A stretch of 59,298 nucleotides of DNA, filler included, from Sphacelaria rigidula (Eukaryota): the NCBI GenBank assembly GCA_964200075.2. It is 4 parts of 4 records of this genome, joined end to end, with 100 filler letters (N's around TTAATTAATTAA, not from the genome) between each part and the next. Parts side by side here need not be neighbours in the genome. Positions count along the whole stretch, not along the records: positions 29,703 to 44,451 come from CAXNAA020002066.1; positions 44,552 to 59,298 come from CAXNAA020002067.1; 2 more parts are not named here. One strand, written 5' to 3'. Each line of letters opens with the position of its first letter. The first letter of the stretch is position 1. Made by a program: the position numbers and the translations under genes. This document shows positions 37,965 through 52,200 of the stretch, piece by piece. The notes beneath the pieces were generated by a model. It was not told the DNA's origin. It saw nothing but the letters and a program-made list of their open reading frames with translations, and ran no database searches.

Positions 37965-40900
37965 ACATAAACACAGGGTGAAGTCAGATGACGCACGTTG
38001 CCGTGGACAATCCAAGGGTGCTTCGGGTGGGGTACTGTACGGGTAAGGGTACGGGTAAATGTTTCAGGTGTTTCAGGTGCTCCGAACTTCTCGATATTTT
38101 TCTTAGGATCATACCTGACGGCACCCAGAAAAAATTGCGAGTTTGGGCGATCGATATCTTGAGACACTGTGGGGTACTCGGTACGTCTTACACGCTTGAG
38201 AGCCCAGGGTACTTTGCCCTGAGCACGGTACCTTACGACTCTCAAGCATCCGTGAAAAAAATTAGATGCGACGCATTTTCGCTCAAAAGTTGACGAGAGA
38301 AAAAAACAGGCAGCAAAAGATTTCGCACCACGCTATTTGGCATTGGACGTTGGCCATTGGCCATGTTTTGACGCCGACGACCGTGACTCTCATCACCGTC
38401 CTGCCCAAAAATCCTACCGAGAGCACGCCCCGTGTTTCAAGTTTCATTCGTCATGTTCTACACGTGTGCACCGTGACGGCACGAGGACAGCCGCAACTCA
38501 GGCGTGACTCGGTACATGTAAGGTATCACCTGTCTTGGTGTCTAGTTCTCGGCCATGCCTTCGTACGTGTGTTCAACCTCTTCTCTGTTTGCCTCCTTCT
38601 CCATGTTTCTTGTGCTGTGGTTCTAATAATCGTATCGTCTTCGCGAGTGCCGCCAGGGTGAATACTCCTGTTCCACGAGTTTTGCCCCGTGTAGTTACCA
38701 AGGATGCCGACCAACCTCAAGACATGTGCCAGCACCCACCCAAGTACCAGTAAGGGCCGTTACTTTCGTTTTGGGCACCAACCCCAGTGAAATGCTGAAC
38801 AAGATTTTTTTTTGACAAGAGTACCTGGATGTTCCTCGTCTTCATCTCCACTGTCCCTGTGTCCGTTGGCTGGTGGAGTGGGCGACGAGCGAGAGCCATT
38901 GGGCTGGCGACGCTTCAACGTACGTCCGGATTCCTGTTGGTCATCATCCACATTCAGGATGACGGCAAAACAAAAAATATGAGGTCTTCATGGATCATCC
39001 GCGTATTGAATCTCCTTCATAATGAGAAAATGAAGAAAAAAGTGCATGTTTCAGGCACGGATCGGATGAGCAGTAGTATAGTAGGAGGAAGAGATACGAG
39101 GGGAGTGAGGGATTGGCTGGGGCAGGGGGCAGGGGGCTCGCGGGGGGGGGCAACAGTTGGCTTGATCACGCTGCTGGCTTCACCGTTGTGGAACAGGTAG
39201 GAACAGGACTCAGGATTGTAGATCTAGTGTAGAGAGAGTCAGCAGCTTCCCTCCGAGACGGGGCTGGAGTCGTCGGAGGATAGTTTTAAAGCAATCCACA
39301 CCATTTATTGCGCTGCAAGCTCAACTGTCCCCGGCATGATGACATCCGCTGCTGTGTGCACTATACATATTTTGTGGCGCTTGTTTGAAGAGCGCAGGAA
39401 ACAGCACCACGTGTAGATTCAGCGGGGGGGGGGCAGTCTAGTGCGGTATAATATTTGAGGATAAGCAATGACTGGCCACATTGCGTACGACTCAACCTTT
39501 GAAGGAGCGGATTGGATCGTACCTACTGGAGGGGTAGGTCTTGAGTTCACAGGACAGCGTGATCAAAGAAAAATATTAAAAACAAGTGCAAGAGAAAGGA
39601 TAAGCATTTCCTTGGTCGAAAATTGAGGTGTGATATTTGACGTTCGAAAAATAGGAAGTACGGGCGTTGCTTGCTCTTGTGGACAACTTCGCGATGCCGC
39701 CCTGGCACCTCTTCTTCGAAACGTGCACCCTCCAGAGGCTACACAACCAGGGTCCCAAGAAGTAACGATTTTCACCGATCCTATGGAGAAAAGGCCTGCG
39801 GAGGGGTGATGGTTTGCAAGCCAATTTCAACCGCCATGAGGTGCGGCCCTGCTTCACCGCCTCAAAAGGGACCGCGCTAAAGTGGGGGACACCATCGGAT
39901 GCCGTGGAGCACGACGTACGACTGTACACCTGTCCTCGTGTATTTGACAAGAGAGTCAAAAACCACCCTGGGAACCGTGTCAGGGTACAAGAACAAGATT
40001 CAAGTAGAGATCTTCACTTCACTTCAAGCAATACTCAATTTCTGGTATCTGAGAACAACATCAACTATCCAAGGGTGTGTAAAAGTGAGGGGCGGGGAAG
40101 GAGTGTTCTCATAATCTTGCATGCCGTAGTCATGAGGCCATTGACCTCGCATTCCTACAAAGCCGGGATGGAGCACGCCGGTTTTTCGCCGGACCCAGCT
40201 CGCAATCAAGCTCCAAGCGCGAAGCGCCGTGATGTGTTCGGCGAGTCGCATGAAGGGTGAGCTGCATCTTGCTGAGATTGTTCGGCTCGAGGCGTGCTGG
40301 AATATTTTGTTAGTGGATTGCAGCCTGCAATGAGTTGCTTCACTGTTACATCTAGTTGTGCCACTTCCAGAGAGACAGCCACGGGTCACACTGCCTCATG
40401 GGTATCGCACCATATTGTGTGTGTGTGGGGGGGGGGGTGATCGTTCGGTGTACAAAAGCACTGATAATTCGAGATTTCTATACACACGCAAAGTTATTTT
40501 CCCGAACGAGCACTCGTGGATAATGACTTCCCCAACTCCGTCGCGAGACCGTGATTGGACCACCACCCTTCTTCGTTTCACTACTCCCGTACTGTGCTCA
40601 GCCCCTATCCTGTCAAAGGAGATTGCCAGAGGACTACAAGCTACTGCCACATGTGACAGGAGCTGGCGGGTTTCAGTGGACTGGCCAGTGGAACAGAACA
40701 TGAAGTACCAGAGGTGTTCCAGTACACCGAGTTGATTCCCCCGGAGCGGTTACACACAGAATCTCGAATTTTTAGTGAACTGCTGATGCCATGCTGCCGA
40801 AACTTGGACCTGGAGTATTCATTGAATATATCTTGCTGAGATATTCCGCAACACCGTATCTTTCGACGGCAGAGCGGCCGGGCTCTTGAGGCCATGTCTC

Positions 40901-43403
40901 ATCAAATTGTTTTCGTGTCGAAAACGTGCGGTCGGATCGAATTCCCTTGTTTCCGATTCGCCCAAGCTCTTTATTTTCTCAGATGGTTGAGAACATGGAT
41001 GCCGTGGTCGTATCAGGTAAGAGCAAATTCGATTCCACCGTACGTTTTGAAGTCGAAGACAACTTGATAAGACACGGCCTGACTGTGAAGAAATTGGATG
41101 TTGGATTTTTGTATCACCTGGGGTGGTATACTCCGTGACCTGAACTATACCACTGCGTGCGGCCACCGTATCCTGGGATCGGCTCAGAGGGGGCTATGAA
41201 TAGGTGTCGACACAAATATAATAGTGCAGCCAGTTTTGACCTGCATCTATTGTTGAACTTGTTGACTTGTTTCGTTGGTGCTGCTCACGGCGTCGCTATG
41301 CTGGAGTACAGTACACAACATGTACACGTTTTCGTGAACAAAACGCGCTCTATAATAGAGAAACCACAGAGTACTCGGGACAGAGTAGATGCTCGGAGTC
41401 GTGAGGTGACATTTAGTACAAAGAATGAACGATGATGTCCTCTCGCCCCTCGCAACACCCTCGCAACTTCGCGTGCTTACAAGTGAACGCACATTGCAGA
41501 TCCTCGTTCAGTATTCGATTGAAGAATGGATTTTGTCGAGGCAGGGGTGTGGGGACTCATGTTAGGGGGTGAGCACGCTGAGTGTGACTCGCCTTTGACG
41601 CACCTTCCGGCAAACTCGGCAACTGCAGCAAACCACCAGATACAATCCCGACAAAACAGCCCATTGCTTTAGGGGTAAGCGATGTCCTCCAACGAGTACG
41701 TAGGTCTGCAGTATGGTACGTGACGACAGTACGAGTATACCGTCCGCGTATGATAGTTGTACTTTGAGTATTGATGCAGTGAGGTTTTCATCAACTCGTG
41801 ATCAACAAGAAGGGTCATATCTCAATTTTCAAAATGGAGACAAATTTCTAGCTTGTGCCCCCCTAGACCATATTGGACTGAGCGAACGGCAACGGGATGC
41901 ACAGACTTCTGGAATCACCGACTTTGTGCACCTACACGCGTGCAACGAAGAGTACATGAAGGAAAGGCCTTACTGTGCCACAGTGCAGTACATGCACAAG
42001 CAATACAACGCCATCTGCGAACTGCATGTCGCTTCTCCCATCATCATATTCAACATGTTTTGGTAACTTTTGACAAGAGAGAGCGTTTCAATCGGGGGCA
42101 GGCGACCACCACCCTGGCGGTAGAGCAGAATAAACACATACGCCAGACGGCCCAGGCAAGAGAACAGCGTAAGCGTTGCCAGGTATGAATAAAAAGAGAT
42201 GTGCTTGCTGGTTGCAAAACACATGCTAGACGGGGGCAAATTCGGGTTCCGCTACGTGTGTGCTGCAATTTTGCAAGATGGATCCCGCCAATTTGGCTCA
42301 ACCCCTCGGGTCGCTGCGGCCAAATTTGAATTTTGGTGTTCAGTACAGTAGCTAGGGCAGGCGACCACCCGTCCCCCGTCTTGTAGTGTAGGATACGTGC
42401 TGGACTTGAGGAATGTGTCGACAGGAGAAGGCCATGCGTAATATACTGTATGCAGCATACCGACATAGGGGGGGTGCGGCGGTGTGCCCCTTTGTGCATA
42501 GTTATTGGGCAAGATGGCTGAAGGCTTCGACATGGTGCCACAGCACGAACTGCATAGGTCAAAACCCCGCTACCCTGCGAAAACGGAGACACCAACAGCT
42601 GAAACCCGCTCTGTTGTTTACAACTCCGGAAGTGGGATACCATGACTACACCTCGTTATCTCCCGCATCCGTAGAGTCTTCTAGATCGGACCGTCGTCGT
42701 GTCGGCATCTTTGCTGTAGATCTTCGAGGACCAGCTCCCTTGTTTTCGTTTACGCTTGTCGCCGCATTTTTGCTTTGGTGCACGCCTTGCACTTTATTAC
42801 ATGTTTTTACTATTGATAGAAGACAATGACATTTAGTTCCCGTTGACCACCTCCCCGACTTCGGCCATTTGCTGCGGTCGCCGAACGGGTGGTACGACAG
42901 AGATCTTCCCTACTGTACGACATATCCTTTGTGCTGAACGTTTTGTTGTTTCTGCGCGCTGCGCCATCCATGCGGCGAAAATGGGGGCGTATTGTACAAC
43001 CGCCCCCCTTATACTGCTACTACTACTGCCTGTACTACAGTACGACAAGGAAGCAGGGAAGTCGCGGATAGGTCAGAGGGGCTCCATGCTTTGTATCCCC
43101 TTTGGAGTTGTGGATGTAGGCGAACTTACTGTCTCCTTGTTTCCAGTCATGTTAAAAGCTAAGCAGGTGTGACTAGGAGTACCCAATGAATGCGGTGCAC
43201 CCGTCACTGGAGAAACAATGGCGGAGAGGAATCTTCTTGTCCGTGACCTTTGTGTGTCTTCGTTCGGCGATTCCCAGTCGCTTGGGAGGCTCAGAGGAAA
43301 TGATCGGCGAACATAACGTTGAGCACAAGCGTCTGTCGAAAAATGATTTCTGGACACGTAGCCCCCAAGATCGAAAATTTGAGTTTTTGAGGGGAGCGGG
43401 GGG

Positions 43404-43516
43404 TTAACCCTTAGATCGCGAGGGTATAGTAGGTCACGATGAATCGGCATCAATATTCACTTAAACAATGTATGCGTGATCCAGATGGACTACTCGCACC
43501 GCGGTCTAAGGGTTAA
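43404..43516. mobile_element. Tiny piggyBac-like MITE (~105 bp) with TTAA target duplications
   Basis: TTAA-CCCTTAGATCGCG ... CGCGGTCTAAGGG-TTAA. Confidence 0.78.
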
Positions 43517-44451
43517 AGGGGGGGGGGGCGGGCACCCAATCTGCTGTACCCTAGTTTATTGCCGAGGCGTTGGTGGATACGGTTAGCTGCCGTGTACAGA
43601 GATCCTTGGCATGGATACCGATAAGATGGCAGACCCGCCGCTCCCCCAAGCTCATCACATACCATGATTACCTTTATTTACGGAATCATATCCCCTGTCG
43701 TGTGCCTCAAGTACCTACCAGCAGCGGATTCTCAAAAATGGGGTTGAACGGGGGTACATCAGGATTGGAAATGACCAAACCCAACCCCCTTCGAACTTCC
43801 TTTGTGGGCCCGATTTTTCAACAAAACACGTTTGTTTGTTTTTTCATATGTTGCCTAGAGGTCGGAAATGGTTTCTGCAACCATTAACCAGTAAAATGGT
43901 TGTTCGTAGCGCAGCAAGCAGTAGCCAGTAAACGGTTTTTAATAGTGGTTTGGTCATCGAGCGGCGCAGGCGCGAGCCAAAAAGCCTCCCTCGGCAGAGG
44001 GGGCCCCGCCGAAGGCAGGTTTTGACACGATTTCGCTTCACTGGAAGAACTGATAAAATACGCGAATTATCGGCAAGAAAGTCGGTAGCGGTAAATAATA
44101 GTCGTTTGAAACCATTATTCAATCTTTTCATATAACCATTTCCATTATTACCATTATAATGATAATGGCTAGTTGTTATTGGTGCCATTTACAAGCTCTC
44201 ATGTTGCCGCTACGTGCCGCGTTGGTTTCGAGGCGAGATCTCGAGGTGCCGAACACGTTCGTGCGTTGGACGGCGACCTGTACAACAATGTATGTGCGCC
44301 ATGGAAAAACGTGTAGGGGGACAACGGGGGTGGGCGGTGGGGTGTACTCATGATGATGCGGTGGGCGGTGGGTGGGTGGAGGGAGGGGGGGGGGGGGGGG
44401 GGGGCGATCGTTTTTTTTTTTTGTTTTTTTGTTTCTCAGAAAACAACTCAC

Positions 44452-44551
44452 NNNNNNNNNNNNNNNNNNNNNNNNNNNNNNNNNNNNNNNNNNNNTTAAT
44501 TAATTAANNNNNNNNNNNNNNNNNNNNNNNNNNNNNNNNNNNNNNNNNNNN
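44452..44551. other. Artificial contig spacer
   Basis: Same 100-nt linker. Confidence 0.98.
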
Positions 44552-45956
44552 GATCATGAGTACACCCCCCCCCCTCCTCCTTTTGACGGTTGGCATTGGT
44601 TGGCAACGACGCTGTACAACACGCCACTCACTGTTTAACCTAGGCAACCAGGTTACCGTTTTTGTTTCGCTCGCGTAATTACTGTGGGTAACCATGATGG
44701 CCGAGCTACATCATATTGTGCGGGGTAGAGAACCCGAAGTTCGCGCAGAGGGGATGATCGTACTACGTAGTGTTTACATGGTGGGACACCCATGAGGCAA
44801 AGTGTAACCTGTGGCTGTCTCCGAAAGTTGCGATACCAGGAACAGAAGCAATTCATCCGAGGCTGTCATCCATATGCAAGATAATCAGTACGCTTCGGGC
44901 CGAACAATCTTGGTAGGATGCTGCTCACCCTTCATGCGACTCGCCGAACACCTCCCGGCGCTTCGCGCTTGATGATTGATTGCGAGCCTAGTCGGGCGAA
45001 AACCCGACGTGCTTCGTCCCGGCTTTGTACGAATGCAAGGTCAATTGTAAATATGACTCCGGCATGCAAGATCACAAGTGCACCCCCCATGAGTACACAC
45101 CCCATCAATGTGCTAGCAGGAATATTTTGTACATTGGCCGAAAACAACCACCAGAAGTAAATGACCCCTCTGCAGCAATTCCAGAAGCTGCAGGGGTGAT
45201 TCAACGTACACAGATAACTCGTCAGGTGATCTGATCTTTTCCTACACTCGCCCTAGTGGGTCAGGCGTGGTCTCCAGGCAACCCCGAAACGCAGTCGCGT
45301 CATGGTTTTTGTCACCCACCACACAAGGGCAATCTTTCTGACTCGTGGTCAACCCGCAACACCTCTTGATAGCGTACGTCCTCGATCCGAGTTCAGTAAA
45401 TACCCTCAACACGTGAACCAATCTTAGTTTCAGAGATCTGCCCACGTCTGGGCGGTTATTTGCTATGGTTTGAAGTACCCAAGCCCTTCTTGCCACTCCT
45501 TCCAAATTTGCGTTGAAGCGGGAAATTGGGGTGGTGCGAGTTTCACTCATATGCAACCCCTTGTGACGAAAGCAAAGCGGTGAAAGCAACCAACAGCACA
45601 CCACACAATACAACACACCACACGATATGGCGTGTAGTGGACAAAATGTCCAATTAAGGTCAGAATGTTCACGTCTCGCCCTTGCACATTTGCTGATTTT
45701 GTTCGATCTGAGCGTATCCCAACGATGCCCTACACAATCAACGTATCCACCCTGCTTTGTGACACCTTAGATGACGCAGACAGGCCTGCCAGTCCCCGCC
45801 TCTGTCCATCTCCATAATTTGGCATGAAAAGACATCTTCCTCAGAGTAGCTATGTCGTCCTCAATTTTGATACATTGAGGATCGCCTCGGCGCCTCCCCC
45901 CCCCTCGCCCCCCCGCCCTCCCGCCCATATCTCGATACCCTCGTGTGCTTTTGTAG

Positions 45957-48574
45957 GGCCTTAATTGCTGTTCTCCGATCCGAGATCAACGCCCTCAAAG
46001 TGCCGAGTACACATTCGAAGCCCCAGCCTCAGCCGCAGGCAGCTTCAGCCACCACCTCTGCTGTATCACCATCGCCGCCACCCCCCGTCCCTTCTGCCTC
46101 CGCTGGTGTCGAGGGGGGAGCACCGATTTTGACAGCGGCGGCGGCATCGAATTTGGGGGCGGGTACGGGCGGGAGCACACCGCTGCCGCAAGCGCCGCAA
46201 GCGCTGAATGCCACACCCACCACGCAGGCGCCTATTCAAATCGGTGATGGGCATGTCCAATCTGTAGAAGTCAACTCTGTCCCAGGGTCCGTGTCCAATT
46301 CTGCTGAGAAATTCGCCGGCGCTGGTGGTGGTGGTCAGCCTTCAGGTATTTCACGGAAACCGTCGCCGCCAGCAGCGACATTTGCGGCGGAGAATTTGCG
46401 TGATATGGGGACGCAGCAGCCACAACCACAAGCATCACAACAATCACAGTCACAAGCGTCGGGTGCGTTGACTGCAGGAGGGACTCCAGCACCTGTATCA
46501 GGGACATCGGCGGCGCCGACTGACCCATCCAACACACCTCCCGAGATGACGGCCCCGCAAGGAGCTACGGTTGCCCCGCCGCTAGCGGCCCCAACGGCAG
46601 TACCGCCTGCGGCGACCGCGACCGGGGGAGGAGCCGTGGCGCAGGAAAAGGTCATACTCGAGCGTGCATGGGACATGTACTTGAAGGTGATTTAAGTAGC
46701 TGGACGTTTGCGTTGTTCTCGCTTCGTCTCGGGGGCTCAGTACCTAGATTCGCGCAGCTGGGTTTCCACTGCTGGAAGCACGGTGTAACGTTTTGTCGCA
46801 AGTTGTCCGGTTGTAATTCCCTGCGCCGAAGCCGATCAACGTTTGGTCGCCGGAGAGACGAGTGCTGTTTGATGTGTGCGATTCTACTGGTTCCGGCGCG
46901 CGCCGCTGTCGATGTCATCGGTCATGTGATGGATCAATTAAGCTTGTGGTGACGAACGTGAAAGAAAAAACCATCGTATGTTCCGACCACTTGAAAGGTG
47001 ACGATTATGCACAACGACACAAAATGAAGGACCTCAGACCCACGACTGTAAAATTGACGCGATTTGTGACCGCTGTGACTTTTGCAGGTGCTTGACCTAG
47101 CCGGGCGTAAAGGGGCGCTGTTAAACAGTTCGGTTCTTCTCCGCGAGTCTGAAGGCGTGCTCGTGCAGGCTTGGGGGGCGTTTAGAGTGGCGAATCCCGC
47201 CGTGCTAGATTTGGTGGAGATGCAGAATCCGCCACGCGTCATGGAAGGTGTGGCGGACGGGCGCGGCGGCGGCAGCGGCGGCGGCAGTAGAGGAACGGAC
47301 ATGCAAAGGTTTGCTGCCCATCTCTCGCTTGTATTGACACCATGCTATTGAACGAGCGCACACACGCATGAGTCTGTAGACACCTTGGAAACATCACCAA
47401 CCCAGACTTGCCTCCGTATCCCTATCGTTTGTTTTTTTTCGTTTTTCCTTCTCATGTTTCGTCTCCACCCTTTGAACAAAATAGAGCGCAAGCTTGCTGC
47501 AACGCACTCTGGCCAGACCGACTCGGCAAGGGAAAAATGGCTAAGTCGAAGCTCCGCCTGAAGCGCCCTGCCGCCGGTCAATCCCAAACCGGTGCTAGCC
47601 GTGCCGCCCCGAAGCCGCGAGCGCGCCCGCCGGGAACATCCGATAAAGTCGACAAGCCGTCGTCGGCATCAGCCACGGGAGCTACGGCTACGGGAACGAG
47701 GGTAGAGGCTAGTGTGAATGTCGGGACGCCGATCGGAGGGGGTAAAGGGACGACAGGAACGGCGGGGACTGCCGCCACCCAATCAACGCCTGAGGCGCTC
47801 ACACACGTGCCCGTGGAGACGCCACTGGGAGTGATGCCATCAGATGCAAGTTCCGTATTGACGTCAAAAGTGTCAGCTGTATCACAATCGGGGGGGAAAC
47901 CCAAGACAGAGGGGACTGATGGGGCAGGGGCTAACACGGCATCTATGCCACCCAAAAGAAGCGGGGCCGTGTCCACCGCGTTGGGGGTAGATACACCGCA
48001 GGGGGGTGCAGCGTCAATACCGTCCAAGGGAAGCGTGCCCGTATCCACTGCGATGGAGGTAGACACGCCGCAGGGGTTGCTAGCGCCGGCATGCGAAGCT
48101 GACGCAACACCTGAGGCAATGGTGATGGGCGTGACTTCAGCGGGTGGGACGAAGTCGCCTATGTCGCAAGTAGCCAATGCGCCGTCTGCCGCCGATGTCG
48201 TGACACTCGAGGATCTAACGGCTAGCACGATCCAAGGGAAGCCTGGCATGGGCGACACGGATCTTGCTATCGATACTGCAACAAGTTTAGCAGCTGCTGC
48301 GGCGGCAGACAGCGGGGGTACTTTCGGCCAGCAACACGAACGGCCAACCACGCCAACGATCACCGAACCCGAGGGAACACGGCACCCGCATCCGAAGCCT
48401 CATACGCAAACGAATACCAACGGCATTGAAATCAACGATGGCGACAACCTGCAGGAACCAATGGACACAGCGGAATCGACGGGTTGTGTCCCAACGACTG
48501 CATGCGCCACGGCTCGTGGCCGAGGAGAAGAGATGGGGAACGGTGACAGTGATGAGCCAATCAACGTTGACTAG
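45957..48574 (+). CDS. Unknown protein, last three exons; Ala/Pro/Thr/Gly-rich, largely disordered
   Basis: Phase-consistent GT-AG exons 45957-46686, 47088-47308, 47485-48574 (TAG), in long open frames. Upstream exons not identified. Confidence 0.75.
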
Positions 48575-49265
48575 GTGATTGAGTTGTGTGAGTGCCACTT
48601 TTGTCGTGGAAGGCATCCTTGAACAGAGATTTCACAGGCGTTGCGGTTGTGGAATCCAGGAGTAGTTGCGATCACGACCCGTCGAGTGTCCATGGTGCAC
48701 CATGCTAATATATTTTCTCCATTAGAGATTTCTTGCTGCAACCGTCGAGCTGGGTGCATTACATGAGTGGTTTCGTGCTTCGAAGCTGCGGGATGGCGAT
48801 GCTGATTCTCCTTCACCATGTTTCGGGAGGCTGAGATCGTCTTCGCGGGAATGTCAACTGCGGGACCATGCTGGATGATGCGCAATGCTCGATGCGCAAA
48901 ATCTGGCACGAGTGTGCTCAATAACGTGTTTGTTCAACGAGAGGGCATGCAGTCTTCCACAGCGGGGTCAAGGGTTGGTTCCTTTGAGCTCGTGCAATGA
49001 AAACAGCGAACTCATAGGGGAAGTATTGCCACTGCCAGTGTACGTCTATGCGAAAAACGCCACGACACGTGATATGTCTCAGTAGCACCATTAAAGGGCC
49101 ACGAGCGCAAAACAAAACCACTCGTATCTGCAGGAGCATATCAACACATCGCTAGTTATCACACATTTTCCCGAACAACGCCCGTCTTGTGCAACATCGG
49201 CCACCTATTTCCTACACAGTTGCGTGAGACGCTCGACTGCATGTTGAGCGTATAGTCGGCTACAG

Positions 49266-52200
49266 CTAGAGGCCGCCTCTGTCTCCACCCCCCGACCCTT
49301 GACCGCCTCCCTCCAAAAGCTTCCCAACGGCCGTGCCCTCCAAGTGAGTGTTTGTGACGGTCTTGAACGTCCTGTTAAATGGTCAAAACCCCAAGCAGCG
49401 GCGCAATCGACGAAGGTCAAATAAATTTGTTCATGGAGTCGGATGATGGAACACCTCGTCACGATACGAATATGTTCGGGTTGCTGAGAGCGACCCTGAA
49501 AAAACATTAGTCGGAACATACCGTGTGCTCCGTTACACCACTTGAAGCACGAATGGAAACGATAGGCGAAGTGAGGGTAAGCGCAGCGATGAAATCTCCA
49601 GCAAAGGTTCCCGTGTACGAGCATAGAATGTATCTCGCAATTCTCCGGGAGACATTCCATCATATCAAGACCCCACAATTCCAGCTCAACAGCGGACCAA
49701 TTTCCCACTCCCGACAAACAATTCACAAACTTGACCCGTCGAAACAGTTCCCCCAAAACCCATGGAAAACAGGGAGCGCCGCGAGTATGCGATACAGAAC
49801 ACACACAGGAGTTGCACTCAATTCGCCGAGAAAAACTGCGGAATTATCCCGCGTGAAGTGATGGGAAAACGCACCTCCCCTTGAGCTTTCGCTTGAGAGC
49901 TCTCTTGATAGCCCTTTGCTCTCGCAGCACACTACCGTCCGGCGCTTTTCGCTTCGGTCGCTTCAGCGGCGCCCCCTCCTTGCTCTTTGTCAGCCCCTTT
50001 TTGAACATCACTTGATGCAGCTCGACGGGATCTTTTGGCACCTAGGCATGAACGATAGGAAATATTGGCATCGACGTGCACACGTGTTCAATCCCGAAGC
50101 ACGATGGCCATTGACAGGAATGGTTGATAGATAGATCGCCTCATAGGAATTGATCCGCTAGGATCCCAGCTGTGGTCGCAAGAGAGACGTGAACCTCGGT
50201 AAAATAGAAACTCCCTGTGAAAAATGCTTCAGTGGAACAAAGACATGACAAAGAAATGAGAACCAAAAGCAAGAGGGCGAGCAAACAACTTAGGCTGACA
50301 GACATGCAGAACGAACAGCGCTCGCGGGAAAACCCCCGATAGAGGGGGAATAGTAGGGAGCAAGGACGTCGGAGAGATTGCGATTCATCTATAGGCGAAC
50401 CACATTTTTGGGAAAACAAACTACACCCCAAACAACAGGTAGAAACCAACATTAACACGGCGTACAAGACGAAGTAGGAGAAAAAAATACAAGCCAGTAA
50501 GAAGGCAACGCTCGGGAAGACAAGCTGGAGTAAAAGAGCAAATCTCGTGCAACCCCCCCTCCCGCCCAACCGTCATTCCTAGTCAGAGACAAAACGAGCG
50601 CTCTGTCTCGACTCTACTTTCAGCTCTTCTTCCTCATGGGCTGTTGTTATAATCGTTGCGCAAATGGTGGTGGCTTCACCCGCAGCAACTTCTTCCTCAT
50701 AGAGTGGGTTAGATTGGCGAAGATCCTCGCGTAGACAGGGGTTCTCGAACTACCCCAGTTCCTCCTCGATCCGCCGGTGTTTGCCCACGTTTCTCGCGAC
50801 AGAGACCCACTCCTGAGAGTCCTTCATCTCAGCATCGTGAAAGAACCCCTTTCGTCGTCTTTCTTTTCACCATGCTAGACGGAATCAACTGGCTGGTGAA
50901 GACAAAATTCCATCTAACTTCTGCTCTCTCAATTACTATCAAATTGTTTTTCTACAACGGATTCGCGGCGCCCCCGTAGGACCGTCAATACAGAATCTTT
51001 TGCGCATGTTCAGTGCGACACCTCTTGCCCCACGGCGAATGCCCGTGCTTTAACCTTGCTCGAGTGACCCTCTGGTTGGAGACCTACTTGGGATCGGGTG
51101 AAACGTATCGAGCGTTGCAGGGGTTGCTTAAACAACCAGCGGAACAAACCTAACCGATGATCAGCGAAATGCTGCCTTTGCAGAGCTACCGCGAGGCAGA
51201 AAAAACGGCAATATCCCCACAAGTAACTTCTCTGGGGTTGCCGAGATCTTGCGAAGCTACTGGAACATTACTTCACGCCTGTGGAACAAGTATAGTGCTT
51301 AGCGTAGCAGCGGCGTGCTTACGCCGGACAGCAGGACCAGTCACATGCGAAGTGGCCGGAAGCGCATCAACATCCCGATCCTTCGCCGGAGTCTGAAGAC
51401 CGTCCCGATTAAGACAGGCACGATACACCAAGGAACATACTCTCGAAGCCCCAGTGTGTCGAGCGGTTCTTGATCAAGATGGCCTTCAGATTCTATCGTT
51501 GGGTCGGAGTGTCGATGCGCTTCCGGTCACCTCGATTGTGACAGTCTCGGCTGCCTGAGCAAAGCACGCCGCAGCTCCTCTGGGCATCATGCTTCATGAC
51601 GAAGCTTTCCTGGGGACTTCTGTGCCCCGAGGATTTAGTATCCGGGATGGTATAAAATCATCCCTGGTCCACCACGAGTATTTCCCCCCCCGTATCACCC
51701 ACCGCAATGTCCACAAACGTTTTTCGGTTGAGTCGGCTAACTGTGCCATCTACGAGTAAATCTCTATACCGGCCAGCCGAACCGGTCAATTACTCCCGTC
51801 CAAAGTGGTTCGAAATAGCCCCAGATGCACACAGATTTTCCTTGCAGCGGTGCCCCAAGTGCTTCGAAGGTCGGTCGGCCTTCGTTGAGCAGCACACCGC
51901 CGGGATGTAATATGGTTTTGGAATCCTGTCAGACAAGAGTCTTCACGAACAAGACGTGGCGCCTGCGGGAAGTCGACTCAACACCTTCGCCTCCTCCAAT
52001 CTGGAGTGCAGCTCTCTATGGAAGATTCTTGAGCTCAATAGGATCCTTAGCGCCGAAGCCAACAATTCTCAGCAAGGGCATGTGACGAACACTGCGCAGG
52101 ACCTTCAAGTACTCTGGGCACCCGCGTCGTATACTCATACAAATATGCCAGCTTGCATCGCCTCTGCTTGAGTCGTTGTATCCTCAGCGATAGCTGCGCA

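Noticed and set aside
47578-48363. 261-aa minus-strand ORF
   Set aside because: Antisense shadow of the GC-rich plus-strand terminal exon.
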